This document shows positions 8,999-18,292 of a stretch of DNA of 33,868 nt, piece by piece. Below the pieces are notes generated by a model. That model searched no databases, had not been told where the DNA came from, and saw nothing but the letters and a program-made list of their open reading frames with translations. A program made the position numbers and the translations under genes. The DNA comes from a virus, in the UHGV virus genome UHGV-0293859. One strand, written 5' to 3'. Numbering within the stretch: the first letter of the stretch is position 1; each line of letters begins with the position of its first letter.

Positions 8999-9529
8999 TT
9001 ACTGGTTGATATAGTCCTTCACCCCTTCCGCAATGGCTTCGGCAATGCGGCCGGGATGGTCCTTCAAAATAGAGGCGTTTTCAGGATTGGTGATGAAGCC
9101 GCATTCGCACAGCACCCACGGGCAGCGGGTCTTTTTCAGGACGGCGAGGCCCGGGCGCGACTGCACGGTGTTGGCCCGTCCGGGCAGCAACCGGGAAAGA
9201 GGTTCGGCAATACAGGCGGCCAGACGGCTTCCCTGAACAGACCCAGGATAAAAGCATACATGAGCGCCACGAGCCTGGGGATTGTCGGCCGAATCGCAAT
9301 GCAATGAAATTCCGAAGTCGTATCCGTCCGCATTGGCAACCTTGATGGTGGCGTTCAGGTCTTCCGTATTGCCTTTGTCCGGAAAGTCAAGAACATGGAC
9401 GGTATGTCCCATATCCTTCAACTGCGCAAAAAGATGGCGTGCTATCACACATGCCACGTCGTGCTCTTCCAGCCCGTTTCCACGAGCTCCGGTTCCTTTG
9501 GCGTGTCCGATGTCTAAAGCGATATTCAT
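8999..9529 (-). CDS. N-acetylmuramoyl-L-alanine amidase (Amidase_3-type endolysin)
   Basis: 176 aa; MNIALDIGHAKG...GISLHCDSADN...CECGFITN pattern typical of MurNAc-LAA zinc amidases. Confidence 0.85.
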   Translation of the reverse strand: MNIALDIGHAKGTGARGNGLEEHDVACVIARHLFAQLKDMGHTVHVLDFPDKGNTEDLNATIKVANADGYDFGISLHCDSADNPQARGAHVCFYPGSVQGSRLAACIAEPLSRLLPGRANTVQSRPGLAVLKKTRCPWVLCECGFITNPENASILKDHPGRIAEAIAEGVKDYINQ

Positions 9530-9711
9530 TTGTTCAGGTATTGGTTAATAAGATGTTCCGGCAAGTCATACTCCACGTAGGTGCTGTTGAGATGCCATTC
9601 CGCGTGTTGGGCTTTGTAGGCTGTACGCTGCTTCCTGCTGTGCAGCATGTGCATCTCCTGCTTGCGTCCGGGAGTTTCAATGACGAGTAAATAAAGGTAT
9701 CGTTCCGGCAT
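9526..9711 (-). CDS. Hypothetical small protein in lysis cassette
   Basis: 61-aa ORF only. Confidence 0.25.
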   Translation of the reverse strand: MPERYLYLLVIETPGRKQEMHMLHSRKQRTAYKAQHAEWHLNSTYVEYDLPEHLINQYLNK

Positions 9712-9778
9712 GGTTAATTAAGTTATAAACTATTGGCTATGAGATAAAGGGAACTTGTAAGAAAAACTTTACAGTTGG

Positions 9779-9892
9779 TCAGCGTTCCGCACATCGGAGG
9801 AACACAAGGCTAGCAATGGGGAAGCAGAACGCGGCAATGCCCGCCGCCGTGTCTCCGCAAGCGGCAAAAACGCCGGCCATCACGCACCCCAT
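9779..9892 (-). CDS. Unannotated small hydrophobic peptide, candidate o-spanin-like lipoprotein (MGCVMAGVFAAC-G...), alternative GTG start at 9931 overlapping previous stop
   Basis: Manually translated; signal-peptide-like hydrophobic stretch followed by Cys; directly follows the TM plus coiled-coil gene; short and not Pro-rich, so weak. Confidence 0.2.
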   Translation of the reverse strand: MGCVMAGVFAACGDTAAGIAAFCFPIASLVFLRCAER

Positions 9893-9927
9893 CAGCGGCA
9901 AAAGAACGGAAGGATTCAGCAGCTTAT

Positions 9928-10179
9928 TCACTTTTCCAGTTTCTTTTCTATGTTTTCGATTCGGACGGCAAGCAGTTGAATCGCCTTGGCCGTCTCGACC
10001 TGCGCCTGCGTCTGCATGGACATCAAGTCAAGAATCCTGTCATTATGGTGTCCCATCACCTCCCCGATGTACCAGCAGGCAGCACCACACGTGACCAGCG
10101 ACAGCATGACGCAGGCCACGAGGGGCGACGTTTTCGCAAAATCCAGGAAATGAGCCGGCACTTCAGAGAGTTTGCACAT
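9928..10179 (-). CDS. Single-TM protein with C-terminal coiled coil (holin or i-spanin candidate)
   Basis: Start taken at MCKLSEV (10179); TM PLVACVMLSLVTCGAACWYIG followed by QAQVETAKAIQLLAVRIENIEKKLEK. Confidence 0.4.
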   Translation of the reverse strand: MCKLSEVPAHFLDFAKTSPLVACVMLSLVTCGAACWYIGEVMGHHNDRILDLMSMQTQAQVETAKAIQLLAVRIENIEKKLEK

Positions 10180-10183
10180 GGCC

Positions 10184-10507
10184 TTATTTCTTGGAGGGGA
10201 TGACCTGCACGACGGGCGGAACATCCGTAACAGGCTGGGCCTGACTGTAGGAGATATGTCCCGGTTCCAGCACCAGGCAGGATCCGTCCTTGCATACCAC
10301 CGTCTTTTCCGGCGTCACGTCCACGGAATGACCGCAGCCACCCAGCAGAGCGGAAGCCGCATAGGCAGCACCTGCTAGGACTACCCACAAAAGGCGTTCC
10401 CACCACTTCAGGCCGGTTTTAGTTTTGCTTTTTTCGTAGGCATCTTTCATGCCCTGCTTCCCCGCCTCAAGGGCGGCCTGCTTTTGCTCGTCACTTAATT
10501 TACTCAT
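10184..10507 (-). CDS. Membrane protein, N-in single TM plus Cys-containing periplasmic tail (holin/antiholin/spanin candidate)
   Basis: Start taken at MSKLSDEQ (10507, 8-nt overlap with upstream gene); TM LLWVVLAGAAYAASALLGGCG. Confidence 0.4.
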   Translation of the reverse strand: MSKLSDEQKQAALEAGKQGMKDAYEKSKTKTGLKWWERLLWVVLAGAAYAASALLGGCGHSVDVTPEKTVVCKDGSCLVLEPGHISYSQAQPVTDVPPVVQVIPSKK

Positions 10508-10907
10508 GGTTTTGTTTTGTGAAGTATTTGAAAAAATCCACGGCGGCAGGGTCGGTAACAATGAACTCCGGGTAATCACGGGAAGTGAACACCCTCCGCC
10601 CGCCCTGCGGATTGACGGCCTCAACGGTCAGTTCCACGGCTTCCTCCGTCCGCATCGGGTCATCCTCCTCCGGAGCGTAAAACTCTTTCAGCCGTGCCCA
10701 CACCTGCACCGCCTGCCAGTCCTCACCCATGCCCACCAGCGCGGCAACTACGGCGGCCATTGCCGGGGCATGGTCCGCTGGTATCTCGTCCTGCGTATAG
10801 CGCGCCGGAGGTCTATATCCGCCCTTGTCCTGATAAATGGGCGTCAGAGTGAATTCCTGCCAGTTGCCGGGCCGGGGGAACTGAATCTGTATTTCTGCGT
10901 TGTTCAT
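10500..10907 (-). CDS. Hypothetical phage protein
   Basis: 135-aa ORF, acidic, between fibre and lysis genes. Confidence 0.35.
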   Translation of the reverse strand: MNNAEIQIQFPRPGNWQEFTLTPIYQDKGGYRPPARYTQDEIPADHAPAMAAVVAALVGMGEDWQAVQVWARLKEFYAPEEDDPMRTEEAVELTVEAVNPQGGRRVFTSRDYPEFIVTDPAAVDFFKYFTKQNHE

Positions 10908-12850
10908 TCTATAGGTACGTTAATATCTTCAAAATCAGCTGTTTCTTCGGTTTTAACAGCATTGACAGCCAAAGCTTCCAGAGCGTAATAAACCGGATTG
11001 ACGTTGCCGGGCTGGTAGTTGGTGCGCTCCGCCGCCCCAACAAACACGCTGACAGATCCACCGGAAATTCCCGGAATGTCTGTTACAATCGTGGAAAATC
11101 CCGTGCCCGTTTCAAAGTTGGTCACGCCGCGCACCGCGGCAATCTTCCAAAGTTGCTGACTGCTTCCCCCGCCTGTCAGCAAATACAATGAGCCATAGGC
11201 GTCCCCATAATCCCCGGCATTGTACGATCGGGGGGCATATTGATGATAAATGACTTTATTGACAATATAGGGAATTGGCTCGTTTTGCGTCGCCGGGATA
11301 AAGCTGGTTGTGGTCTTTACCATCCACTTCCGCGCGGTCTCGGCTGCGTATATTTCCCGTACGCGGACGACATACCCGCCGCGCGCCGCATCGCGCTCAT
11401 TGTCAAACGTAATATCCAGAATTTCGCCGGTATTATAGGCCAGTTCATTACCGGGAATGATGCTGTAAGAATCCAGCGTTAAATCTTTCCGCACCGTCCT
11501 TGACCCCCGCCCAATGCCCACGGTCAATTTTCCCGCGGACGTTAATTGCCAGGGGACGGCAAAACCTGCGAAACTGGAATAATTCCACTGGCCTTTAGGA
11601 CCTTCAAAGTAATGAACAATCGTGCTGTGCGTATTCGCAGGAACGCTCACCCGCGCGTACAGCCCAGCGACAAGAACAGAAGTTTGCGCCGTCCCGGTGG
11701 CTGTAATACTGCCCGTATTAAGGTAAAAATGGAGGGAAAAAATGTCTGTCACTCCGGCCATGCCCGCCGCGTACAGGCGATTAACCACCCCCGTGGCTGT
11801 CGGTGCCCCCACGGCAAGCGGGATGTTGATCCCGCCATTGGCGTTGACGGTGCTTGAAAACGTGGACGCCCCCGCGCAGTTGAAGCTGGCGCCCTGGGAA
11901 ATATTCAGGATGCCGGATTCTACCATGAATGTCCCTCGCAGCCAGCCGCCCGATTGGAGATCAACGGACTGATAAAACCGGGTGATTCCGTAAATCTGGT
12001 TCAGGGTCCCGGCGCTTCCGCTTCCGTCCGGGTTGTTGACGACCAGAGGCCCGTTGATAGTAGCCGATTCAGCGGTCAGGGCTCCCCCGATGTTGACGTC
12101 GCCGACGTTGGACGTCAGCGTCCCGGGCTCTCCCTTTTCCCCTTGTAGTCCCTGGGGTCCTGCCGGACCTTCCGGGCCCTGGGGGCCCTCCGGGCCTTGA
12201 GGCCCCGCCGGTCCTGTATCTCCCTTCGGTCCCTGCTCCCCGGTTTCGCCCTGCGGCCCGCGTTCCCCGGTTTCGCCGCGTGGACCTTGCGGCCCTTCGG
12301 GGCCGGTTTCTCCACGTTCACCCTGCGGGCCTGACGGTCCCTGAGGACCAACATCCCCGCGGGGAATCGTGAAATTGAGCAGATAGGATCCCACTTCGGA
12401 CCCCTTGACGGCTTCCGCGTTGGCGGGCGTCCCCGGTTCCCCGGTGGTGACCTGACCCACGGACAGATTAAAATTCTCGGCGTACTTTTTGGCCTGCTCC
12501 GCGTACCAGGCGGCGCTGGACGCGTTGTCAAGCATGACCTGCACGCAGCCGCTTCCTTCCGGCAGCTGCACGACGACCGCGCCCGCCACGGCCTGCTGTT
12601 CGTCCGGCAAGTCAGGCGTTACACGACCCGCAGAAACAAAGCATCCGTAGAGCAGCGGTCTTTCCTCGTTTCCGTCGTCCATGAAGACGTCGTAGGACCA
12701 CCTGCCCGCAGGCACCGAAGCCCAGGAAAGCACGCCGTTACCCTCATCGTCGCGGGAAAAGCCGAACTCGGCGACGCCTGTCTTGAGACGGACAGCGCCG
12801 CGGAGGGTGACGCCGCTCATATCGACGGGATCCCCCTGAAAATCTACCAC
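10904..12850 (-). CDS. Collagen-like (Gly-X-Y)n repeat tail fibre/receptor-binding protein
   Basis: 648 aa; ~80 residues of uninterrupted [28 protein letters not shown]... at 12115-12360; typical of prophage tail fibres. Confidence 0.7.
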   Translation of the reverse strand: MVDFQGDPVDMSGVTLRGAVRLKTGVAEFGFSRDDEGNGVLSWASVPAGRWSYDVFMDDGNEERPLLYGCFVSAGRVTPDLPDEQQAVAGAVVVQLPEGSGCVQVMLDNASSAAWYAEQAKKYAENFNLSVGQVTTGEPGTPANAEAVKGSEVGSYLLNFTIPRGDVGPQGPSGPQGERGETGPEGPQGPRGETGERGPQGETGEQGPKGDTGPAGPQGPEGPQGPEGPAGPQGLQGEKGEPGTLTSNVGDVNIGGALTAESATINGPLVVNNPDGSGSAGTLNQIYGITRFYQSVDLQSGGWLRGTFMVESGILNISQGASFNCAGASTFSSTVNANGGINIPLAVGAPTATGVVNRLYAAGMAGVTDIFSLHFYLNTGSITATGTAQTSVLVAGLYARVSVPANTHSTIVHYFEGPKGQWNYSSFAGFAVPWQLTSAGKLTVGIGRGSRTVRKDLTLDSYSIIPGNELAYNTGEILDITFDNERDAARGGYVVRVREIYAAETARKWMVKTTTSFIPATQNEPIPYIVNKVIYHQYAPRSYNAGDYGDAYGSLYLLTGGGSSQQLWKIAAVRGVTNFETGTGFSTIVTDIPGISGGSVSVFVGAAERTNYQPGNVNPVYYALEALAVNAVKTEETADFEDINVPIE

Positions 12851-12964
12851 ACGGACGACCAGCGACTGGTTCAGCCCCGTGACGGTCCGGATATCGTATT
12901 TGCCTGCCTGCTGCCTGGGAAAAAAGAGGATGCGGGGGCGCAGCGCGCCCCCTGGTGAAACGCG

Positions 12965-13522
12965 TCAGGAACCCGGAGTCGGCGTCTCGTCCTGCACATT
13001 GGAGGGCGTGAACTGGTACTTGCCGCGATAATCCATCTCGAACTCGAACTGGGGTGAAGCAATCGCCGTGGTGTGTTCGGGGTCCTGCAGGAGGCGCAAG
13101 GCGCCATGCGCCGTTCCGACCAGATAGATAGTACCCACGTCGTTCTGATACCAGAAGTGAAGATACCCCTCAATCTTGTTGTCGCCGCCATGTCCGACGG
13201 TAGTCGATTCCTCTCCATTGGAGGGAGGCGCTCCCAGAGCGAAAGACAGCTGGAACCATTCGGGGGACATGTCCGGCGTGGTGAAGGTCATCCGCTTGCC
13301 GGTCGTCGTGTTCTTGCGCTGCTGGCGGTAGCCCAGCGCGCCGCCGTAAAAGCGCGTCACTTCTCCTTCGACCTGGGTTGCGACGGATTGGAAAGCCCCC
13401 AAAAGCCCGAAACTCACCCAGGGCTGTTCAGGCCCGGCTGTCGGATCGGCGGGCGGAGCCGTGGGAGGCGTCGGAAACTGGTCCGGCCCGGTGACGTAGG
13501 AAACTCCCCCGTCTTCGGTCAC
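12965..13522 (-). CDS. Hypothetical phage structural (tail-associated) protein
   Basis: 185-aa ORF in structural operon. Confidence 0.35.
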   Translation of the reverse strand: MTEDGGVSYVTGPDQFPTPPTAPPADPTAGPEQPWVSFGLLGAFQSVATQVEGEVTRFYGGALGYRQQRKNTTTGKRMTFTTPDMSPEWFQLSFALGAPPSNGEESTTVGHGGDNKIEGYLHFWYQNDVGTIYLVGTAHGALRLLQDPEHTTAIASPQFEFEMDYRGKYQFTPSNVQDETPTPGS

Positions 13523-13629
13523 CTTGATGCCGTCGGGGAGGAAAATCGCCAGAACGCCGGTAATCTGCGGCGTAACATTGCGGTTTGTGAATGTGGGATC
13601 GTATGTAGTAGCCCTGGTGCTGGAAATGG

Positions 13630-13827
13630 TTAGTAGATGATGGATGCCTTGCCGTCGGCTTCCAGTTTATCGGCGAGTTCTTTTGTAGCACGGATGCGCG
13701 CCCCTTTCAAGAAGGTTGAGCGCCCTATCCTCACTTCTTTGGCGAGAATGAGAATGTTCGTGTCGATGACGGCGGCCTGCTCCGTCTTCTTCTCCGGTTC
13801 GGTGTTTGATGCAGTTGCTTTGCTCAT
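13630..13827 (-). CDS. Hypothetical small protein
   Basis: 65-aa ORF. Confidence 0.3.
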   Translation of the reverse strand: MSKATASNTEPEKKTEQAAVIDTNILILAKEVRIGRSTFLKGARIRATKELADKLEADGKASIIY

Positions 13828-14087
13828 TTGATGTCAACGAGGTTGAGGGTGGACAGAGCTTCCGCGACGGGCGCGGGAAGTTCCGGGGTGTCGGTTTTCA
13901 TGGAGAGGCTGAGAACCAGCCCTCCGTCCAGTTCGGTGCGAGTGCGAATGACCCGCACGGCCTTCTTGTCAGTTGTTTTCTTCTTTTCGTCCGGTGCGGA
14001 CGGCGTTTTGCCGGCGGTTTCGGAAGATTCGTCCGGCTTCGGGGCGCTCTTCCGCACGGCCTTCTTGTCAGTTGTTGATGTGTTCAT
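13824..14087 (-). CDS. Hypothetical basic protein with internal repeat (TTDKKAVR x2)
   Basis: 87 aa; 25-bp perfect direct repeat CCGCACGGCCTTCTTGTCAGTTGTT at 13953-13977 and 14052-14076 (99-bp period, in frame). Confidence 0.35.
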   Translation of the reverse strand: MNTSTTDKKAVRKSAPKPDESSETAGKTPSAPDEKKKTTDKKAVRVIRTRTELDGGLVLSLSMKTDTPELPAPVAEALSTLNLVDIK

Positions 14088-14595
14088 TGAATTGCGGATG
14101 GTTTCTCATGTTAATATTAACCGGGACACGGTAATCCACGGTCAAAACGTTCATTTGCCTCTTCTCGCCGTCAATGATGGCGGAGGAGGAAAAACGGCCT
14201 TTGATTTTGGGTTTCATCATCGCCGGTGCGGAAAAGGGAAGAGGATTCCAGTCCCACAGGGCTTCTTCAATCACGTCCCCCACCGCCCGAAGATAATAAT
14301 CAGGCGTCAGGCATGCCGCCGGGAACAGGGATGCGTTGTGATAAATGGAGGCGATGATGAAATACTGACGCCACATCGTCGGCGCTTCCGTTTGTCCGTG
14401 CCCGTCCTGGTATTCTGCCGCGTCCCCGGGGCACACCAAAACGACGCCGTTGTTGCCCATCGCCGACATGATGATGTCATTGGCGGCGTACTGTGGGTCG
14501 AAGGGCCGTTCGAAGATGTGACAGTTCAGCGCTCCCAGGTTCTTCAGGCGCTCAATGATGCGCCGGCACATGGTCTGGTCGATGGAGGGGATCAT
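14068..14595 (-). CDS. Phage head-tail joining/neck protein (hypothetical)
   Basis: Start taken at MIPSIDQ (14595, ATGA overlap with upstream stop). Confidence 0.4.
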   Translation of the reverse strand: MIPSIDQTMCRRIIERLKNLGALNCHIFERPFDPQYAANDIIMSAMGNNGVVLVCPGDAAEYQDGHGQTEAPTMWRQYFIIASIYHNASLFPAACLTPDYYLRAVGDVIEEALWDWNPLPFSAPAMMKPKIKGRFSSSAIIDGEKRQMNVLTVDYRVPVNINMRNHPQFNEHINN

Positions 14596-15257
14596 GGTTC
14601 GTTTCCGATGTTGGCAAGGTAGGTTTCCGCGGCGCGCTGCGCCATCCGGTCCATCGTCGGGAGAATTCCCGGCGTGGGCGGGATCGTGACTTCGCGGCAC
14701 AGCACGTAGAGCACGTCGCCCGTTCTGGCTCCCTGGCGGAACAGTTTGCGGGCCGCTTTCTTTCCGGTGGCTGATTGCGCCGTCTTGAGGATGAGGACGC
14801 CGGTCACATTGCCGTTGCGTCCTCCGTTCTTGGAGGGGATGAATTGCAAGTCCTCTTTGCGGAAGCCGGCGCTGTAAATGCTTCGGGCCCCGCCATGGCC
14901 GCGGGGGGCGTTGATGGTGGGGATAGCCAGGTTCCGGATCGGGTTCCCGGTGATTTCCGAGGTGCGCCCCGTGGGGCGAAGCGGCCCGCCCAGATAACCC
15001 TGCGTGCCGATCCAGTGAAGACCGATGCCGCGCCAGGCGATGGAGACGCTGACGCCCTCGGCGGTTTCTTCCATGGTCGTGGCGTCCGCCGCGCCGTCGT
15101 AGTAGTCCTTGCCCTGCTGGCGCAGGGTTTCCTGGATAAGCAGGCTCAGGGCGACGCCGGCCTTGCGGATGGCGGTTTTGTGCCGGGCCGCGGACGGCTC
15201 CATGTCGGCAAACGCCCGGTCAATCTCGGACTGGTCGATGTGGACGGTTACAGCCAT
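14592..15257 (-). CDS. Phage structural protein (neck/virion morphogenesis, hypothetical)
   Basis: 221-aa ORF in head-tail region. Confidence 0.4.
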   Translation of the reverse strand: MAVTVHIDQSEIDRAFADMEPSAARHKTAIRKAGVALSLLIQETLRQQGKDYYDGAADATTMEETAEGVSVSIAWRGIGLHWIGTQGYLGGPLRPTGRTSEITGNPIRNLAIPTINAPRGHGGARSIYSAGFRKEDLQFIPSKNGGRNGNVTGVLILKTAQSATGKKAARKLFRQGARTGDVLYVLCREVTIPPTPGILPTMDRMAQRAAETYLANIGNEP

Positions 15258-16384
15258 TTGGAGGGTAAAACGTAAGGGGTGGGCAGTTCCACGCGGAGAG
15301 CTCCGGCAACGTCTTCCACTTTCTTGACGTGCCCGGAGGTAAGGCGCCAGGTGAATTCCCCCTCTTCCTTCCGGGATACGTGGATATACTGGCGGGAGGA
15401 CGCGGCGGCCACGTCTGCGGGCCGGGCGTACCAGACTCCTTCCGGCTCGGAGGACAGGCGGTCCAGCAGGCGGTCCTGGTAGAGGGCCGCCAGCGTTCCG
15501 GCCACGGCTCCCCCGGCTGCCGCCAGGCGGAAGGCCTGGGCCTGCCGCAAGGGGATCTCTTCCGGGAAATCCCCGGACAGGACTTCCGCCAGTTCCGCGT
15601 CCGTGTAAGGGCGCGTGCCGTTCGGGTCCGTGTAGGTAAAGGTGGTATCGCCGTCGTTCCCGGTCTTGACGCGCACGGCGTCTTTCAGGATGCGGCGGAT
15701 CTTGTTCCTGTTGGATTCCGTCACGCCTTTGGCGTTGCTTTCCAAGGTGGCGTTGAAGCTGGCGGGAGCGGGACGGACGCGCGACACGTCCAGACCGGCC
15801 GCGCGGGCTTCTTCGGCGCCCACGGGGGCAATGTTCATGCCGGACAGGTAGTCAAAGGGCGGGTAAGGCGTGCCGAACCGCGAGAGACGCACCCAAATAT
15901 CGGAGGCCGCCAGTGCATAGCCGACAGTTTCTCCGCGGATGAAGCCGGATGATACCGCTTCCGTGGCTTCTTCTTCCAGTCCGACCCGGGCACGGTTCCA
16001 GCGTTCGGCCCAATAGCGCGGGTCTTCCCGCCCCTGGGATCGGTAAAATTTGAAGGCGGCCGTGTCTTCGTCCTGAGTCCAGTTGTACCAGTTCCGGTAG
16101 CCGTGGGCCATGGCCGCGTTTGTTTCCATAACAACCTGGATGCGGACCCAGGAGGACAAATCCTGAATGCCTCCCTGCCCCGTCGCCGGGGGGCGGTAAC
16201 CCTGCTGGCGCAGGGTTTCGCGGATGGCCCGCTGCGCTTCCTCGTAGCTCAAGGCCCCCGAGGCGACCTGGGACGCCTTGTCCTCAAAATCGGACAGGAT
16301 GACGCCGGGTTCCACCCCGGACACGAAGAAGGCGCGTTCGGCGTAGTCGTTGGCAATCATCTCCATTTGGGCGGCGGTCATCAT
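15248..16384 (-). CDS. Phage structural protein (hypothetical)
   Basis: Start taken at MMTAAQ (16384, ATGA overlap with upstream stop) rather than the 451-aa track ORF that overlaps the upstream gene. Confidence 0.45.
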   Translation of the reverse strand: MMTAAQMEMIANDYAERAFFVSGVEPGVILSDFEDKASQVASGALSYEEAQRAIRETLRQQGYRPPATGQGGIQDLSSWVRIQVVMETNAAMAHGYRNWYNWTQDEDTAAFKFYRSQGREDPRYWAERWNRARVGLEEEATEAVSSGFIRGETVGYALAASDIWVRLSRFGTPYPPFDYLSGMNIAPVGAEEARAAGLDVSRVRPAPASFNATLESNAKGVTESNRNKIRRILKDAVRVKTGNDGDTTFTYTDPNGTRPYTDAELAEVLSGDFPEEIPLRQAQAFRLAAAGGAVAGTLAALYQDRLLDRLSSEPEGVWYARPADVAAASSRQYIHVSRKEEGEFTWRLTSGHVKKVEDVAGALRVELPTPYVLPSKWL

Positions 16385-16857
16385 CGGTAGGTGCTTCGCA
16401 TGGGGTTGAACCAGGGTCGGCGCGTGTAGCGCGGCATCATGTAGGCGGGATCCGCGGGCGCGGAGCCGTCCACGCTTTCCGGCAGCATGTCCCCTTTGGC
16501 GTAGAGCGCCAGCGTCGCGTCCGCCGATTCGGCGGCCTTCTGGCGCGTCTCGGTCAAGTTGAGCTGGTATCGCAGGTAGAGCTGCCGGATAATCAGCGGC
16601 CATGCCAGGGACCGCATGCTTTGCGGAATGTCATACATGCCGCTATTTTGTAGGGATTGCCGCAGGGCGAGGTTGTTGGCCAGCGCCCCGCGGATGGTCA
16701 TGCAGACATCGTTGACCGCCTCCATCATGACGTCCCTATAGTCCAGGCTGCGCTGCTCCCCGGCGGTCACCAGGGCGTCGCGTTCGGCGGTGTTGAGTCC
16801 AAGCAGCCGATCGGCTTCGTCGGTGGAAATCGTGGACCAGGCAGGAAAGGCGGACAT
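16381..16857 (-). CDS. Phage head completion/connector-like protein (hypothetical)
   Basis: 158-aa ORF directly downstream of capsid gene. Confidence 0.4.
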   Translation of the reverse strand: MSAFPAWSTISTDEADRLLGLNTAERDALVTAGEQRSLDYRDVMMEAVNDVCMTIRGALANNLALRQSLQNSGMYDIPQSMRSLAWPLIIRQLYLRYQLNLTETRQKAAESADATLALYAKGDMLPESVDGSAPADPAYMMPRYTRRPWFNPMRSTYR

Positions 16858-16877
16858 GATGGAGGCGGGCGTTAGAG

Positions 16878-17618
16878 TTAATCGCCGGTGGCCGTCGCGT
16901 CGATGCGGACGATGGCGCTGGGGTTCGTCAACTTGGTCAGCGAGTAGACGCGGTTGGTGACGAGCGTCAAGGCCGGCGTCGGCTTGTATTCGGTGATGAC
17001 TTCTCGGCGAAGCTTGCCGGAAAGCCCGAAGGTTTTGACGGCGGAGGCGTCGAACTGCGTCGGGGAGTCTTCCTTGTACAGGACGTAGACTTCGTTTTCC
17101 ATGATGGTTTTCGCGTCGCCGGAAGCGTCGCGGTACGGCATGGAGGCGATGTAAATATCCCGGATGGGCCGGATCAGAGCCATGCGAAGCAGGTCTTCAT
17201 TGAACAGGCCGACGCTGTTGAAGGAAACCACCTGACGCGCCAGCGGATTGGACCGAAGCAGCTGCCATGCGTTGACGCCGAAGACAATCGTGGTCGGGAA
17301 GTGTCCGGTTGCGGCGTTGATGGACAGGATTGCCTTGTCCAGCTGATCCAACGGGTTTTTCTGCGGGTTGGCCCAATCGCCCATGCCGGAAGCGGCCGGA
17401 AGCTGGCTCATCAGAAGCTTGGCGCGTTCGTATTCGTACGACGTCACAAACTGGGATTCGATGAGTTTGTATTCCGCCAGGGTGATGGCCTGCGCCTTTT
17501 CCCGGTTGACGCCCAGCAAGGCGTCAGGGATGGGCAGCGTCAAGCCGTAGCCCTGAAGGGTGTCTGTTTCGTTTCTTCCGCGCAGGACGGTCTGGCGGGG
17601 AGGTTCGCCCGGTCCCAC
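16878..17618 (-). CDS. Major capsid protein (start uncertain; GTG at 17618, frame open a further 71 codons upstream without ATG/GTG/TTG)
   Basis: Position after protease/scaffold; composition typical of capsid; 246 aa is short for an HK97/Mu-T-like capsid, and the upstream open frame (to stop at 17832) suggests a longer product. Confidence 0.55.
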   Translation of the reverse strand: MGPGEPPRQTVLRGRNETDTLQGYGLTLPIPDALLGVNREKAQAITLAEYKLIESQFVTSYEYERAKLLMSQLPAASGMGDWANPQKNPLDQLDKAILSINAATGHFPTTIVFGVNAWQLLRSNPLARQVVSFNSVGLFNEDLLRMALIRPIRDIYIASMPYRDASGDAKTIMENEVYVLYKEDSPTQFDASAVKTFGLSGKLRREVITEYKPTPALTLVTNRVYSLTKLTNPSAIVRIDATATGD

Positions 17619-17838
17619 CTGGATGGGCTGGACGGTGAAGGCCGATTCCGTGTCCCAGACCTTGTACTGGAAATTCAGGTCATAGACCGGGACGATCGGA
17701 GCGATGCGGCTGATGATGGAGTTCTCTTCGGTGTTGCCGGACCCCGCGGAATAGGAGGTCAGGACATCGGTGAACTGAACGGCGGAGCAAAATGGAGTAG
17801 CCCTTGTTCTTGGTCTTTCTGTTGGTTGGGGTTAATAG

Positions 17839-18270
17839 TTAGGCTGCGGCGACCTGGTAGGACGGGACGAATCCGATTTCCACAAGGCCCTGTTCCCACT
17901 GGGCATGAATAACGCGGGCATAGACGGTGTCGCCGCTGGCGGCGGCCTTCCATGTCCCGTTGGCCGTGATGGTGACGGGCGTTCCGGCGTTGATGGTTCC
18001 GGGCGTGTCGGATAGAGCCGCCTTGATGAGGCCGGCATACATGCCGACGAGCGCGGCGACGCAGGTTCCCTTGTTGGGCTGTCCCTGCAGGACGACGCCT
18101 AGCAGCTGCTCCTGCGTGGGAATAGCGGACAACGGAGTTCCGACAAATTCAGGGATGTCGGGATTCGCGGTCAGCGCCACGACGGTTCCTTCCTGTCCGC
18201 ACAGGTCAACGCCTTCCGGGGCGTTGAAATAGACGATGGCGCTTTTCTGGGTTACGTTGAGTGATGGCAT
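17839..18270 (-). CDS. Small protein between scaffold and capsid genes (head decoration / DUF2190-like candidate)
   Basis: 143 aa, Gly/Ala/Thr-rich, location typical of decoration-like proteins. Confidence 0.3.
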   Translation of the reverse strand: MPSLNVTQKSAIVYFNAPEGVDLCGQEGTVVALTANPDIPEFVGTPLSAIPTQEQLLGVVLQGQPNKGTCVAALVGMYAGLIKAALSDTPGTINAGTPVTITANGTWKAAASGDTVYARVIHAQWEQGLVEIGFVPSYQVAAA

Positions 18271-18292
18271 TGGGTTTGATCAGGTTGAATAA

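Noticed and set aside
8678-9307. 209-aa + ORF across the portal-side/amidase region. Similar long + ORFs occur at 13828-14622, 6246-6830, 20049-20585 and 17301-17912.
   Set aside because: All overlap well-supported - strand genes and have shadow-ORF composition. No independent support.
12115-12360. Highly periodic 9-bp repeats that could superficially resemble a repeat array
   Set aside because: They encode the Gly-X-Y collagen-like segment of the fibre protein. They are not CRISPR.
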